In this document: piece by piece, positions 1-13,917 of the stretch | Numbering within the stretch: position 1 is the stretch's first letter | How the letters are laid out: the number at the start of each line of letters is the position of its first letter | Origin: Bigelowiella natans CCMP2755 | Lineage: Eukaryota > Protista > Cercozoa | Direction: 5' to 3' | Assembly (NCBI GenBank): GCA_000320545.1 | Contig: ADNK01000053.1 | Coordinates: 77,942-141,941, forward strand | DNA length: 64,000 nucleotides | Made by a program: the position numbers and the translations under genes | Notes under the pieces: model-generated | The model's input: the letters and a program-made list of their open reading frames with translations, nothing else | Database searches by the model: none | What the model was told of the DNA's origin: nothing

Positions 1-199
1 GGTGTTGTTGTTGTTGTTATTGTTGTTGTTCCTAAAGCGTGCTTTCGCTGGAATTGGCGGAATGGATTTGATAACAGTCGTGGTACCCTGGAGGTGCAGC
101 TGCACAATGGCATAGAAATCGAGATTTGGTTGAATTTCTGGCGCGCAGTCTACCGATCTTAGTGATGAGCGATGACGTCCATAACGACCATAGAGCCAT
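1..199 (-). CDS. Possible 5' first exon of a gene running off the left edge (basic, Ser/Arg-rich N-terminus)
   Basis: ATG at 199 reads MALWSLWTSSLITKIGRLRARNSTKSRFLCHCAAAPPG, followed by a possible GT donor and an intron-like (AAC)n tract. No recognisable domain. Confidence 0.25.
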
Positions 200-1119
200 C
201 TTTCCTTTTATTCTTCTTTCTCTTTACCAATTAGAAGAGCAACTGTCGAGGAATAAGAAAAGATATATCTTTTAGATTTGAGTGAATAAAAAGAATTTAC
301 GAAGCAAAATTTAGTGCCTGTCGTATAGCATTAGAGAATTTTAATGAGTCATTCTATTCCATGTCGGATTTTCACTGTGTACGTACGCATGTACAATATG
401 TAGTTTACATCTCTGAAGGAATAGATTTCGTATCGTGAGTTGCATGCATAACTGCATCTAGGCATACTGGCATAGCAATTATGTGCAATCATATGTATCG
501 TACGGTGCATAAACGTAACACTCTGTGAGTGCTGCTGCTCGGATGAATCGATCATAGTACCAAGCTAGCTGGCGTTACTCTCTTATCACTCATGAAATGC
601 GTGCAACCTTCAATGTTTATCAGTAGTCATTATATTTGTTGCTGCTTTTACCCTAGCAGCTAGCGCTGGTGGACTGTCAATAATTAGATCCAATTATTGC
701 CATTTCTGGATCAGTCATATTGTATGAGCCATTATAACCAAAGCTAGAAAGGCTTCCAAATTCTAACTCCCGTGTCCAATTTGCATGCACACAGCACGCA
801 TATAGCTAAATAGGCGTCTATGCATGCTAGCCGGCGGACATCTAGACGTGGGTGGTTGCAATACCTACACAGATCTAGACAACATCTAGAGATACACTTT
901 GTCGTGTTATATATTAACAGTGATGCTAGGATGCTATTTGTAGCGATATGTAGCGATCTGTATGTGTACGTATGTTAGAGCTAGCAATCGATTGCAGTGT
1001 AGAGCTATATCATGCTGCGCTAATGTATCGATCAATCAATTTCTCATGCACACTCTGCCGCTGCTGCTTTAGTTGCGTATAGGGTAGTACTCAATAGTAG
1101 AGAACCCTAGCTAGTCTAT

Positions 1120-2253
1120 CTAGTGTTGACCCGACTTCTTCCACCCTAAATTGCTCATTGCCTCACCAACAGCTGCAGACAAACGACGACCGAGTTCGCT
1201 CTGAATATTTGTCACAGGATATTTATTCGTTGCCATGAGTGTACTGCCTTTAAGCGATAGAACACAACCCAAAAATAATTCACAGCATCTTGGACATATC
1301 TAGATATGTAGGCGTCAATGTACATTTTTTTAATATAACTATATATATGCATGTCGTAGTAAAATGTGTATGCGTGTGTGCGCGCGTAGCAGACATCTGC
1401 ATACCACTTCCTCCTCCTGAATGTCATATGTAGGTGTGACCATCACTCCCATATCGACAAAATAAGGCCATATCCTGATAATGCCCACAAAATCTCAATC
1501 GCAAAAACTAATAACACAACTGCGCTTGATGATATCGAATCTTTGAATTAGGAAAGACGGCCATTAAATTTAGACGCTATTCCTTTTTCCTTATACGTGA
1601 GTTTGTGTGAGTGTGTATGTGTGAACCTGTGCGCTTTACAGGCGTTTTTAAGGGCTGCATTTGCCTGTTTGTGTTTCAGTATAAATTCTTGTTATTATCT
1701 CGCTGATTGAATGCTTTTCCCCCCTCTCTAGAGAATTCTGAGCAGCGTGGAAGAATTTATGACGACGACTACGAAAAAGACTGTATACTTCCTCTCCGGT
1801 GAAATAAGAAACAGAAGGAAGGAATACTGCCCGTGCACATAAAAAGCACATACACGCACACGTATAGGCATGCGCACGTGAAGTGCCCCTTTCTCAGTGT
1901 CGCTCTCTACGTTTGAGAGGGCCGAAAACCTTTTTTCGCATTTTGCGATCCAGCGCACAGCTTCCCCGCGACCATGCCAGCCCCCACATTAGCCTAAATG
2001 GCAACCGTTAAAATAACAACATAGACGAATAAAATACTGCAAGATAAAGCACATATGCTCGTGAGTGAATATATGCATGATCTGCAAACTCATGGATGTG
2101 TCCAAGGAACATGGCCATCGTGTATTTGACATATTGCGCGCCAACTGATCCACTATTTTCGCATGTTGGTTTCCAACCCCATTCCATGGGACACTAGATT
2201 TCCATTGCTTGCTGCTTCAGCCTCTTGCATGGCACTCTCAAGACCCTTCAACA

Positions 2254-2300
<47 letters not shown>

Positions 2301-3730
2301 ACTATATATAAATATGTAATATTACAATATTTACTTATTTATATGAGAGGCCTTGGGAGAGATGTGCAAAATATACTAATGATACAGGGCTAAACAAAAT
2401 CACATATCTAAGCTGAGAAGGAGAGGGGGAAGGGGGGCGAGAATGCGGCGGAAGAGAGAGAGAGAGAGAGAGAGAGGAATGGTTCCAATGAATAATTAAC
2501 ACTTTGCACAAAGTAGCAGCAGCACGACCAATGTAATAGTTCTTGCAGCACGAGGGAACATAGACACCACCATAGTTGTCGTTGGAGAAGAGGAGGAGGA
2601 GTAGGGAAGGGGGGGGAAGGTTGAACCTTGCTCATCTTCTGGATGTGGCTTCCATATTCCTTTGTCTTCTTTAGCACCTGTTAAGTAGAAACGACAGAGA
2701 GAGAAAGAGAGAGAGAGAGAGAGTATAGACGAAGGGCTTAGACGAAATAATATAGACAGAATATCTCGAGATGCCGATTGTTATTTCTATTCGCTCATCT
2801 CTCGCATCGACATCTTCATCACGGTCAACATGTCACGGAATGCTGCCTTATATTTTTTGAAAGCACCATCATGTGTACTACGTTCCCGACCTCGCGCGCC
2901 GTGATGAGGGCTCGAATGTTGCTGCCTTTGCAATGGTGAGAGAAAGGGATTATAAGCCCAGGGATATACTACTACTGTCACTGCCATCTTCCACTGATGT
3001 ATTATTACCAGCATAAGTGTGACTTTGAAGCACGGTACGACCTTCCTCTAAATGGCCAACAGGATGCAGATATTACCAACTACTTACATGCATACACACA
3101 TACTGATGTTCGGTGCTGAGAAAAGAATCACCTCGCAGCCTCCCCCCCCCCTCAAACACGAGGCATCCAGCGAGTGGGAAAACGCCACCGGCCACCTGGA
3201 AATCAGAGAGACATTACATAAGTCTTCATATCATCCTTCAAATGGATCAGGAGGAGGAGGACGTGGAGGCCGAGGAAGAAGAGGAAGAGAGAATGGGTAA
3301 AATGATTGAACCGAAAATCATCTATACATCTACATAGTAGTAATAATAAAACTGAAAAGATCACAGGGCTACTAGCTCCCAACCGCCTTGCCGAATGTCA
3401 CTGCATCAGGCCTTAAATCCCAGCTGTATAGAAGCGAGCGACCCATCAGATCATCACAGCAAAGAGGGGAAATGATACGTAGGAAGGGAGGGAGGGAGAG
3501 GTGGTAGGAGGAGGAGGAGGGAGGACAAGAAGAGAGATATCAGATTAGCTCTGATGGAGAGACTATAGATAGGAATGGGAATGAAGAATGAAAATAATAT
3601 ACCTTTTCGATAAGAACAAATCGCCCTCGCCATGTCGTGCTAACGATGTTAAATATTGCAACACATTCAACATACATGTTTTTATAGATTAGCTCTATTT
3701 CTTTCTCTCCCTTACACACACACGCGCGCG

Positions 3731-3786
<56 letters not shown>

Positions 3787-4682
3787 AGGAAAGAAACCTG
3801 TATATGCATACATAATTTGCAATATTGATGTGCTGAGAAAATGCTTATGACGTAGAAGATAAGAAAATATAACAATGGTAAACTCTATTTTATCATCACC
3901 TAATCCACACATAACTTCATCTGCCAACACCTGATAGATCATGCAGCAGGAGCAGGGCGAGGAAGGAAAAATAGGAGAAGAAGGGGAGGAGGAAGAGGGG
4001 GGTGAAGGAGCAGACGTTCTTTATAGTCATTGCCATATACACAGGCGTCAATTATCCTTGAAGCGAAAAGTGGTATTATTCTGTTGTTGCTGATCTTGCA
4101 TAAGTCCGCACAGATAGTATATATATATCTAGGGTGCCGCCATACCTTGATGCCTCTCTCCTTAGCAAGCCGAACATACTCTTTCAGCATCTCTTTGTCC
4201 CACGGCTGTGCTGCCTATTACGCGTGAAGAATCACCGAGAACGATGAATTATGAGAAAAAAAGTGAGGCGACATTGAACACGATTTGCTCCTTCATACAC
4301 AGCACGCATGTGTCCCTGAAAGGGGGGAGGGGGGGAGGGGATTATATGTAAAAGAGACACGGATCATGCAAAACAACCAAGGAAGATCCCGACTGCGGCT
4401 CGAACAAAATAACACCTGAAACAACAAAAAGGCATTGACAAGAAGGTGATGATTTTCGGCGTACTGAAAGCGTTGACCCGCCGTCTCATATATTCTCGTT
4501 GAATTATAACGTATATTGTAGCTCACACCCACCCAGCTCATCGGCTTCTCGGTTGAGAAAGTCGACGTATTCCTGCCTATAGAAGGGGAAGAAGAAGAAC
4601 ATGCTGAGGGAGAATGCAATGATGATGATGATGATGATCATGATGATGATCATGATCATGATCATGATGAAAGCAATCATAA

Positions 4683-4723
<41 letters not shown>

Positions 4724-6039
4724 TATAAGATTACTATCCCACAAATTCCATACGATTTACCTCATTCTTTGATGGAATTCATCGAGGGACTCTCCAGCTT
4801 CAATTCTTCGCTTATGATAGCTACGATATGACGACGAGGAGGGCAAAAGAGGACAGGGAGGAAGAAGGCTCAGTAAGCGATGCTGATGGTGACGATGCGT
4901 ACTGGAAATGGTGATGATGATTATCATGTGTTTGTGTTAGGGTCATAATGATGACGTGAAAGAGGCTGTTGTTGGTGATGAAGATGATGTGCTGGTATTA
5001 CGCTGGCATTGGATATGTTCGTTGCATCGGCTTTGCTCCGAGGGGCGACGCTACGTGCGACATAGCAATCAATCACAAATATAACGATTCATTGCACTCC
5101 ACACCCTAGTATATTTACCAGTTGTTGTGCAGATGCGTCTGTATTTATATGTATTTAATTACTTTCATGCAAACATTGTGTGAATATATATGGCCATTAT
5201 TTGGTGGCTGTGTCGCTGGGATGAAACTCCCCCCCCCTCCCCCCCTCTCTCCCTCCCTTACCTGAGCCGAATGAAGAAGATCCAGGCCCATGGTATGAGA
5301 ACTCACTTACAGCAACCTAATATCGAAGATGATGATGAAGGGGTGGGGCGGAGCAGAATAAGGTCTTGATATACATTAGATTTTACACCATTGTCTTCTC
5401 GTCGTCATCATCGTCATCATCATCGTCATCATCATCATCATCATCATCATTGACGGCACCTTCGTTCGTAACGAGCTGAAAATATCCTTCTGTTTCTCGT
5501 GGGGCGTCGTGTTCTCCTCTCTGCGCACAGGAGGATGGAAACGATGGTGAGTCAAAGAAAGAACGCTTTAAATCCACACATGTACAGCAGCAGAGCAGAA
5601 ACAACTGGAGAAAGTGGGAGAAAAAGGAGATGAAGTATATATGCGGAAAGCTACTTCTTGGAAAGTATATGTGTTAGTATATGAAGCAGCACATTGGATG
5701 TTGCAGCTGGAGCAGTAAATCGATGCCAGCGAGCACCTTGTTTTCGGTAGGGAGGAAAGGAGGAGGAAGGGGGGGAGGGAGAGAAGGTTGTATTTGATGA
5801 TTCTTCACTACGTGCATTTGTTCTTGCTAAAAGCTTTGGAAAGGCAGCAAAACGTTCACTCATCGCCATCGTTGCATCATCGTTGTATACGCATGATTGC
5901 ATTCTTCTAATGTGTATGCATTTGCTGTCACCGCACCGCGGAAGTGCCCTCCACCTGGAAAGGGAATAGTTGGACAAAGAAGAATGAGGCGAAGGGGATG
6001 AGATTATATAGAAGATCTCACTATGTCACTAAATTGAAG

Positions 6040-6080
<41 letters not shown>

Positions 6081-7379
6081 TAGCGCATGAAGTCTAGTCA
6101 TCCCACCTGAAGGCTAGCAAACCACTCCTCAGAAGCAGCCGCGAGATGGGAGGGGAGGGCGCTTTCTGATCCAACAAAGAAACGAGGACGTGAGCGTGTG
6201 CCATGTAGGCGGTAGCAGTATTTTAGTGTCTAAAGGCAGTCCTCTCTCTGTTTTCCTTAGTTTGTTTTTGAAATGCCCTTCTCTGCTGCGGATAAGAGCA
6301 GTTGCGCCTTTTGCATCCCCGCATAAACGTTTCAAGTAACAGTTACTAACACCATTGGCCGATGACACGCTACCTAAGGTACGGATGAACTCTGGGAGCG
6401 CCTGAGGGACCTTGTTTGATAATAATTGGTCTTAATTAATAAATGAGTAGCTGAGCGACAACGGATTTTTACATTCTCGTTGTGGTAGATAAAAGCGAAG
6501 CAATGATAGGAAAGGAGAGGAGAAGTACCCCGGCACTTGTGTGAATGGATAACGGGGCTGCATGATTGCCTTTATTCAGATTCATAAGTGCTTCCCTTTC
6601 AGTGAATGCATCGAAAGAAGGGGCAGTGAGAATAATAATGCGGTCGCAACAGTACTAATAGATGTGACACATAGTCTCTTGTAGTAGGAGAAATAGCGCA
6701 AGCAGCATATCCCTCCTCAGGTTCGTTATTTTCATTACCACTACAACTACTACTATTAGAAGTACTACTAGGTCAACGATATATCAACATCGAGACCTTG
6801 CTCCCCATCATTACCTTTCGTAGTCGAAGCCTGGTTGCAGAATCTCTGCCAGTCGGGGGCCTGATGGGTTATGAGTAATGATGGTGATAGGAGGGAGGAA
6901 GTAAGGTGCATGCTCAATATATGCGACGACAACAACAAAGATGTTCCGATTTCGAATCTCTCCATCCCCTCTTCTTTCCTGTGTAGCGGTTTCTATGTGT
7001 GTGTGTGTGTGTTGCGCGAGCGCGAGCATGTGTGCCAAACTCCTATCCGCAACTAACCCAACGCTTACCGGAGAAGCATTCGCTACACGCAGCACCGACA
7101 ACCATCATCTCCTCGGTGTCGTTTTCTTCCTAATTAAGACCAGCGGCGGCAGCGCGGTAAGGGAGCGGAGCAGAAATAGAAGCTGCATCGTTTGAAGATG
7201 ATTGAATTATACTCACGGCGGACTAACCTGCCGTATGTGAAACGGCCCCTTCTTCGACACCGTGACGGGAATGGGTGTGCCGACAGGGACACGGCCAGCG
7301 AAATGAGAGACCTAAGGGCGCGTTGTGATGATCGAATCATGATATGCAAATGCCTGGGAACTTAATGGTGCTACGTGGA

Positions 7380-7414
<35 letters not shown>

Positions 7415-7492
7415 GACCGAAAGCATGCGCTTGGAGAAGCAGCATCTCTGGCCGAGTGTCGATGCACATGCTGATCGAACCATCGCCCTCAT
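1120..7492 (-). CDS. Class-III PLP-dependent aminotransferase with probable mitochondrial presequence (multi-exon)
   Basis: Spliced exons give VAVSEFSYHGPG (~5260-5310), ILFEPQSGSS (~4380-4415), VLADEVMCGLARHG..WDLRPDAVTFGKAVAGGVFPLAGCL (~3930-3160; PLP Lys codon 3387-3389), QSHTYAG, SHGMGLMWG and WPYFVDMGVMVTPTYDI, ending ..GWKKSGQH* at 1120. First exon MRAMVRSACASTLGQRCCFSKRMLS is Arg-rich with no acidic residues. Confidence 0.88.
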
Positions 7493-7691
7493 CTCGCTGG
7501 AGGGCGGGTTTTGAGGTCGGCTTGCGTTACTGTGGGACGGATAGCCTCAGAGCACGTAATATCAGAAGAATGCGAAAACCGACCAGAATCTTACGAAAAG
7601 ACATGCAAATAATTCCATATTTTGGAGAATCGCATGTTCCGAGACTACCATTTTTGTTTTTGTTCTTGCGACAATGACATGACATTGTCGC

Positions 7692-8117
7692 AGGATAAAA
7701 TCAGCGCTATTTGTTTCCTTGCTCCTGCCCCTCATCGTATCTCAGGTTGGGAGCACTTCCTGCACCCTTGCAATCTGTAGTGGCACTCCACCGCTTTCTC
7801 GAAGTCAATTATGGATTTGTCTGTCTACCCCCTGGTAACTGGTGTGCATGAGGGAAGGAGAAGATAGTTTGTGTATGCGTTAATGTTTCTGATTGTGCTT
7901 TCTCCCCGCTGCGTGTGGCTTGACTGCTGGCGCTACTACTACTGCGATTTAAGCTATATCACTGTGGATTCTGGGCGGGACTGTGCTTCATAGTGTCCAC
8001 AATCACGGGGAATGTGAGCCAGGTGGACAAATTATGGAGCCTTACGCCGGCTCTATATGCCTGGCAAATTGTGTTCTCATCCGACACACTTCAGATGCGG
8101 TATTAGTCACACATCAT

Positions 8118-8157
<40 letters not shown>

Positions 8158-9931
8158 ACACGCTTTCAGTGACCTTTTGGAGCCATCGAAAAAATGAGAA
8201 ATGGCTTTCCACGCGCACTTATGAGTCCTTGCCTCGTCATGGCACTCAGGATGGTGCTAATGGCGGTCTTGGCGACTATTTGGGCTGCCAGACTAACGTA
8301 CAACTTTTCTCGTCGAGGTATGGTAAATAGATCTTTTGCAGGGAGTAGTAGTGATTTGATCGGAGAAGGAACATTGATGCATACGGACATATGTAGAATG
8401 GTATATTTTCAATTCTCGCTTCCCTCTTATGCAAATTCTAGAAATCACCGTCGCTTTTGCTCCTCACCCCCAATTCGTCGTGTCACAACCAAAGGAGGAT
8501 ATACCTGGCCGCCCTGGGAGGGGGAAGAAGATTATAGATGGCCCATTCTGCGAAAAACGAAGCCACTGAACAACCCGCTCGTTTGGATGGTAATAATGGG
8601 GTGTGGCATGGTTAGATAAATTAGCCAACAGTCTATATAGCAATGCAATGTTACGATAAGCATCACACCAGATATAGCAGTTTGTACCATAACTAGTATT
8701 CATCGTAATCTATCAATAAAATCGTCATTTCATTGCGAAGCATCCACCTGCCATCTACACAGGCCTTCAACCTCGGTTTCATCTCGATTTACCAGCACTT
8801 TCTTCTTCTCCTCATCGTGCTGCCTCAATTTATTGCGGCCTCGGCGCCAGGAAAGGACATGATAACGTACATTGCACTTATAGCACCACTCATATCGCTT
8901 TTGATGGAAGAAATGCGAGTCGGAGCTATTGTGTATGAATCCTGGTTGATTCGCATGTCGTCCCCTCTCTCCCTCTCTTTGTGCGTGTGTGTGTGTTCAA
9001 ACGATACCGATGAACGGAAAGGGGGGGGGGGGGAAGAACTTTATATAGTATCCGTTAATAGATACTGTCATCACTTTTGAAGACTAGCCTACTTTTACCC
9101 GAATGAATTCGATTCCTTGTTTCTATGTTGCTGCTGTCATCATCTGAAAAAACATTGGCGTGTCATCTATCAAGCACACTGGACCTCGTTCTTGCCTTGG
9201 CCTTTCTCCTACTTGTCTTGGTGGAGTACATCGGTACAGTTTATCAAGCAGCAGCCCCAACATCAACAACATTTGTGCGTGTGTCAATACAGGTTCGGGG
9301 TGAAGGCGTGAGAAAACGTGAATTGCTCATGCCGTTTAAACCTTTTTTATTCGAATATGATTCACGACTTTCTTCAAGGCCTTCATCCTTCTTCTATCTC
9401 TTTTACGTAACTTCTTCATTGAGCCCATGCTTTCGATCTCCCCCCCCCCCCCCTTGTCCGAACAGCGGATCAGCAACAGTACGACTTTCAAACGGAGAAG
9501 TACAGGCTCAAGGGCACAGGTCTCGCTCTCTACGGGTAGTATGCGTTATGCTGGAGTCTTGTGAGAAAAGCATGATGACGGCGGCTATTTTCGCAACTTG
9601 GGCGAACGAACGTGTATGATGACGACGACAGTTTTTCAAAACTTCGGAACGATTTGTTTGTTTTTCTCCTCGTTTCCCTGAAGCTTAATATCGGCATCTT
9701 GCCGTTGTATTTCATCATTTTGAGGATTTTGATTCGTTTGGATGATCAATGCTTTCTCCATCATCTATCATCGATTCATTCCTCAACGTCCTCCTCGTAA
9801 CATCTAATGCTGACATCTGCAATCTTTATCTCCCAGCGAGTATAAAGTAGGGTATCTTCGCACGGGCTTGTGGAGCATCTCGAGGTGGTTGGTGGTGTAG
9901 TATATTCACAACACGCAAACATGCATATACG

Positions 9932-9969
<38 letters not shown>

Positions 9970-10636
9970 TCACACCCTACGCATTTATAATTGCACAGTA
10001 ATACAATATATATATAACTAAGCGGTTCGTCTACACTTACGTTTGAGCCGCTCCCTCATCCCTCTCCTGACTTCATTTCACTCCATTATTCCTCGAGCAG
10101 ACATCCAAACTATTTCGCTGAGCAGTCCATCTGGTGGGGTTCATCACCATTTCCACGATACAAATAAATACAAACAGCCTTTAGCTTTCTATAGCTCTTT
10201 GTTGCCATATAAATAAATATATGCACATATATAATATTTATATGTGCAGCAAAGTTAAAAATTCCGTTCTTGAAGGCTTTCCTTTAAAAGTGGGGTGTAT
10301 GTGTGATATGTGTCTGTGTGTGTATCTTATTTCTCTTGCCGTGCATGATTGGATGAATGCTCACGTAGGGTCGTGTATTATCTCTTCTCTGGTGCGGCGG
10401 GAGCTGGTGAGTGAATGGCGCTTGTTTTCACATCAGTACCCTGTTCGAATAGATTATGCATATAGATTCATGATGGAGGAGGAGGAGGAGGAGGAGGAGG
10501 AGGAGGAGGAGGAGGAGGAGGAGAATAACATTTAATCTGTATTGATTGTGTCGTCGTTGTTGACTATCTTCGTCACCATTTGTCAGTCTTCTGCGCACCG
10601 ATTTACTCCTTCGTTTCATTTTCCCAATTTCTCTAG

Positions 10637-10668
<32 letters not shown>

Positions 10669-11167
10669 TATCATCATTATCACCTCTCTACATGGCTGCA
10701 ACGTTGGGTTTATTGCTGTTGCTATTGTTGCGTCGTCGTGAATTTGCAGGATGGCTCAACGCGTCTGTAATCGGCCCAGTACTCCTAATCCTTCTCTTCC
10801 AAGGATCGGTGTTTATACATAACATCTGACATAATTAATGACGATAATAATAAATCATGAGGCGGCTGTAGTAAGTTTACATGTATTTCATGTTTGTTTA
10901 TTCCCTTTGCATATACATGGCATATCTAAACATTATTTTGGTCAGTCTTCCTCACCAAATATTTCTTTTCTCTCCATCCCAAACGTGCTGCGCGTATAGG
11001 TGGCCTTCTCGGAGGGCATTTCCGCCGGAAAGTACCCTGAATACATTGAATATCAGCAGAAAGTGCCGATCTTCATCCCTACAAATCCAGCTCTTTATCG
11101 CTCCTTCTGGAATCCAACAGGCGATGACTACGCAACTGCCGCTGCGGCAGCAACAGAGATGAAATAG
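7692..11167 (+). CDS. DUF1295 / steroid 5-alpha-reductase-like multi-pass membrane protein (multi-exon; start codon not fixed)
   Basis: Exons read ITGNVSQVDKLWSLTPALYAW, WAARLTYNFSRRGGYTWPPWEGEEDYRW, AFNLGFISIYQHFLLLLI, ADQQQYDFQTEKY, GYLRTGLWSISRHPNYFAEQSIW, LLILLFQGS and FSEGISAGKYPEYIEYQQKVPIFIP. Stop TAG at 11165-11167. Confidence 0.88.
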
Positions 11168-11888
11168 TATCTCACCAGTCCATCTGAATATTCTGCTCCC
11201 CGAATGTTATGATTGCGCTCATAATGTGAGCATTGCAGTGACCATGCATGCTTGCTCTGTCTAGCTGTGTACGGCTACTTTGTGTTCAATAATGACAGTA
11301 TGGAGCATTGCAACGGGTGTCAAATGCTATGTAATATTACTTGAGCGAAATTGATGATGTTACGATACATTTTTACGACTGCGAGAAATGCACACACTCT
11401 GTGACCTAGCTGGCTATGCATGAATCGTATGGCCTATTTTAGTAATGTGTAGTAGACGTGGATTTTCATTTCTTTTTGGCTATAATGTGTACAGCAGATT
11501 TCTTGTACCTGTCAGTGCATTAAATGATGCATCCTACTAGCTGACAATTTTAATCATCTATATAAATGATGTCTTAAGCTAGCTTAGCATATGGTCGCAG
11601 CTTGACAGCGACACGCTAAAAGATGCACATAGTACTGCGGCTGCACCAGGGTCAACAGGCATGATGTAGTAATAATAGTTACGCTGCATGTATGGTCCAT
11701 CGTAGCATCGAACGCCCAGCGTAAAGTTAGCTAGTATGCTGATAGATAGAGGATTCATCGCAAAGAAATGTAGGTCTACAATGTGCTTTATTTCAGTGAC
11801 CCAAATTTGTTGAAGATCAGGCAGTTGTTGGTCGCACGAGATCGAACTCAATCGTGGCCGACACCGCATGAACGTCAAGCATTTACAA

Positions 11889-13336
11889 TTAGTTGCAGTC
11901 CTCAAACGAGTAGGTTCCGTCGAGGATTGTGATTGGCAGTTTATGCGTAAGCTTTGCACCGCAACTTGTCTTTCCAAGGACCTTAGCGCATCCATCTAGT
12001 GCGAGATTTATTTCGAGATTGCTAGCATTCCCCTAGAAAAAGGAACAGCGTGAATGTTGTGTTGAGGTGCACGTTAGATCTCGCACAGCATGATCTCCAG
12101 CATAACATGTGTAGTAATCATCAATGCCCCATCTTTGGTTAGTTACATCACTTTCAATTCTAGGTCAGCGTAAATGCCGATGTTGCCGATGACGGGCACT
12201 CCAATGGTGAGCCCAGGAATCGCGAATTGCTCAACCTCGCCAGATTTCACGCCTTCCAAAAATATTTATAATTTGTCATGCATTGTTAAAAGCAAGATGA
12301 TGGCAATTGATGACGATGACGGTTCTCAGAAAGCCACAAGGCAACTAAGGTGCTACACCAGAAAAGGCTTTTCCCCGATCATATCTAAAATTCCCTATCA
12401 CGTATCATTACAATCGCACCGAATGTCGAGTCGATTCCGAGCACCGTCTCCTTGATCTCAGCTGTGAGCTCTGCAGGGTCACCGCATGGCATAATCTCTG
12501 CAATTACCTGTAATCGAAAGGAATTGGATTGTAAATATGAAGCTGTGTTGTAGGAAGCCAGAGCGACCTCTACAGTGTCTTTTCCGAGCAAGCTGATGGA
12601 GCAATTAACGACTCCGCCTTTAGTCGAACTTACGCAGTTACATTCGCTTGGGAGATGTTTCGTCAGGTCGGAGCAACTTCGTTCATCGCACAGCAAGCAA
12701 GAAATGTCGCCATATTAAGAATTATATCAGATATAACCATGCCAATGCAAACAGATGACGGAAGAAAATCGAAAATGGAAGCTAGGATTAGACTTACAAA
12801 TCGCTGGAATCGCCAACGTCTTGGCGTTGGTCAATGATTCGAACAGCGTCCATGTTCGTCATCAGGGGCACCGATACCACGTTTTCGAACCTGTGATTAT
12901 TATACGTGAATGCTGAGTACGTGTTCTGTAACACCAGACAACACTAATATTTACGGCAAGTTGTAAACCCACACCCCCCATGCCATGCTCCCTTTATCTA
13001 ACGAGAAAAACCAGCCTTACTCGCAAGAGTTGCCGGTAACATTGCAGGTGAAATGGGAAGGGCAGGAAAATCGAGCGTCCTCACACACCGCAGCCTTTGG
13101 AGCGGGCGCACAACCGTGCAAGAGACCAGCACCTGCTCATCAAGACGCCAAGTTGAACGACTATAAATGTTCAAATGTACAGGAAACTTTGGACCTTCTG
13201 CGCTAGAGACGCATGTTTGAGAGGCTAGGCAACCATTACCGTTGCCACAGTCCTTCACAGGGTTGTTAACACTGGCGACAGCATTGATGAAGAACGCCAC
13301 CAAGATACAGGGAAGTACTGCTGCTGCAGACTTCAT
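11889..13336 (-). CDS. Secreted cysteine-rich protein: signal peptide + atypical granulin-like domain + C-terminal Cys-containing domain
   Basis: MKSAAAVLPCILVAFFINAVA signal peptide. Removing intron 13133-13194 gives CGNGNGCLASQTCVSSAEGAGLLHGCAPAPKAAVCEDARFSCPSHFTCNVTGNSC. Later exons read FCSDLTKHLPSECNC..VNCSI..IMPCGDPAEL..FAIPGLTIGVPVIG..LDGCAKVLGKTSCGAKLTHKLPITILDGTYSFEDCN*. Confidence 0.75.
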
Positions 13337-13559
13337 TGGAATTTCATGTCGCGTGCTTGCACACTTTCTCACGGGGGTTTACCTACCTAGTTTGCGCTCT
13401 TCGGGATTGACGCACACTTGTAAATGCTCTTGATTTCGTCGTGCTTCTGTTATCCTCGGGAATGTTCTAGGAACTGATAATTCGGGATGAATACAGGGAA
13501 TTCTTTTACTGCGACAACAAATAATTCCAGGATGCTGGATCTCTTCCTCAAATCCCAAC

Positions 13560-13849
13560 ATGAAGAAAGCTTTCAGGGGCGTGTCTGCGGGCGCGCACGG
13601 TCGGCAACGCGGCATGAATAGACCATACTATGACAAAGGATGCACGCTTCTTGGAGGAAATAGACAGGTTATAAGATGTAAGACGTGCCTGAGGAAGGCC
13701 GGGAAGACGAAGCAAACTGTGGAATGGAATCTCAAGCACCACTCGGACGAGAAGAGGAAGAAAAAGGTTCCAACGCATTTTCATTCTCATCATATTACAA
13801 TTTTTTCCCAACAAAATATCAAACGAATAAATGTCCGCGTTTGCATGCA

Positions 13850-13917
<68 letters not shown>

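Noticed and set aside
3540-4831. ORFs made of LSLSLS, CVCVCV, HTHTHT or poly-M/I tracts, here and throughout the window
   Set aside because: Translations of intronic microsatellites.
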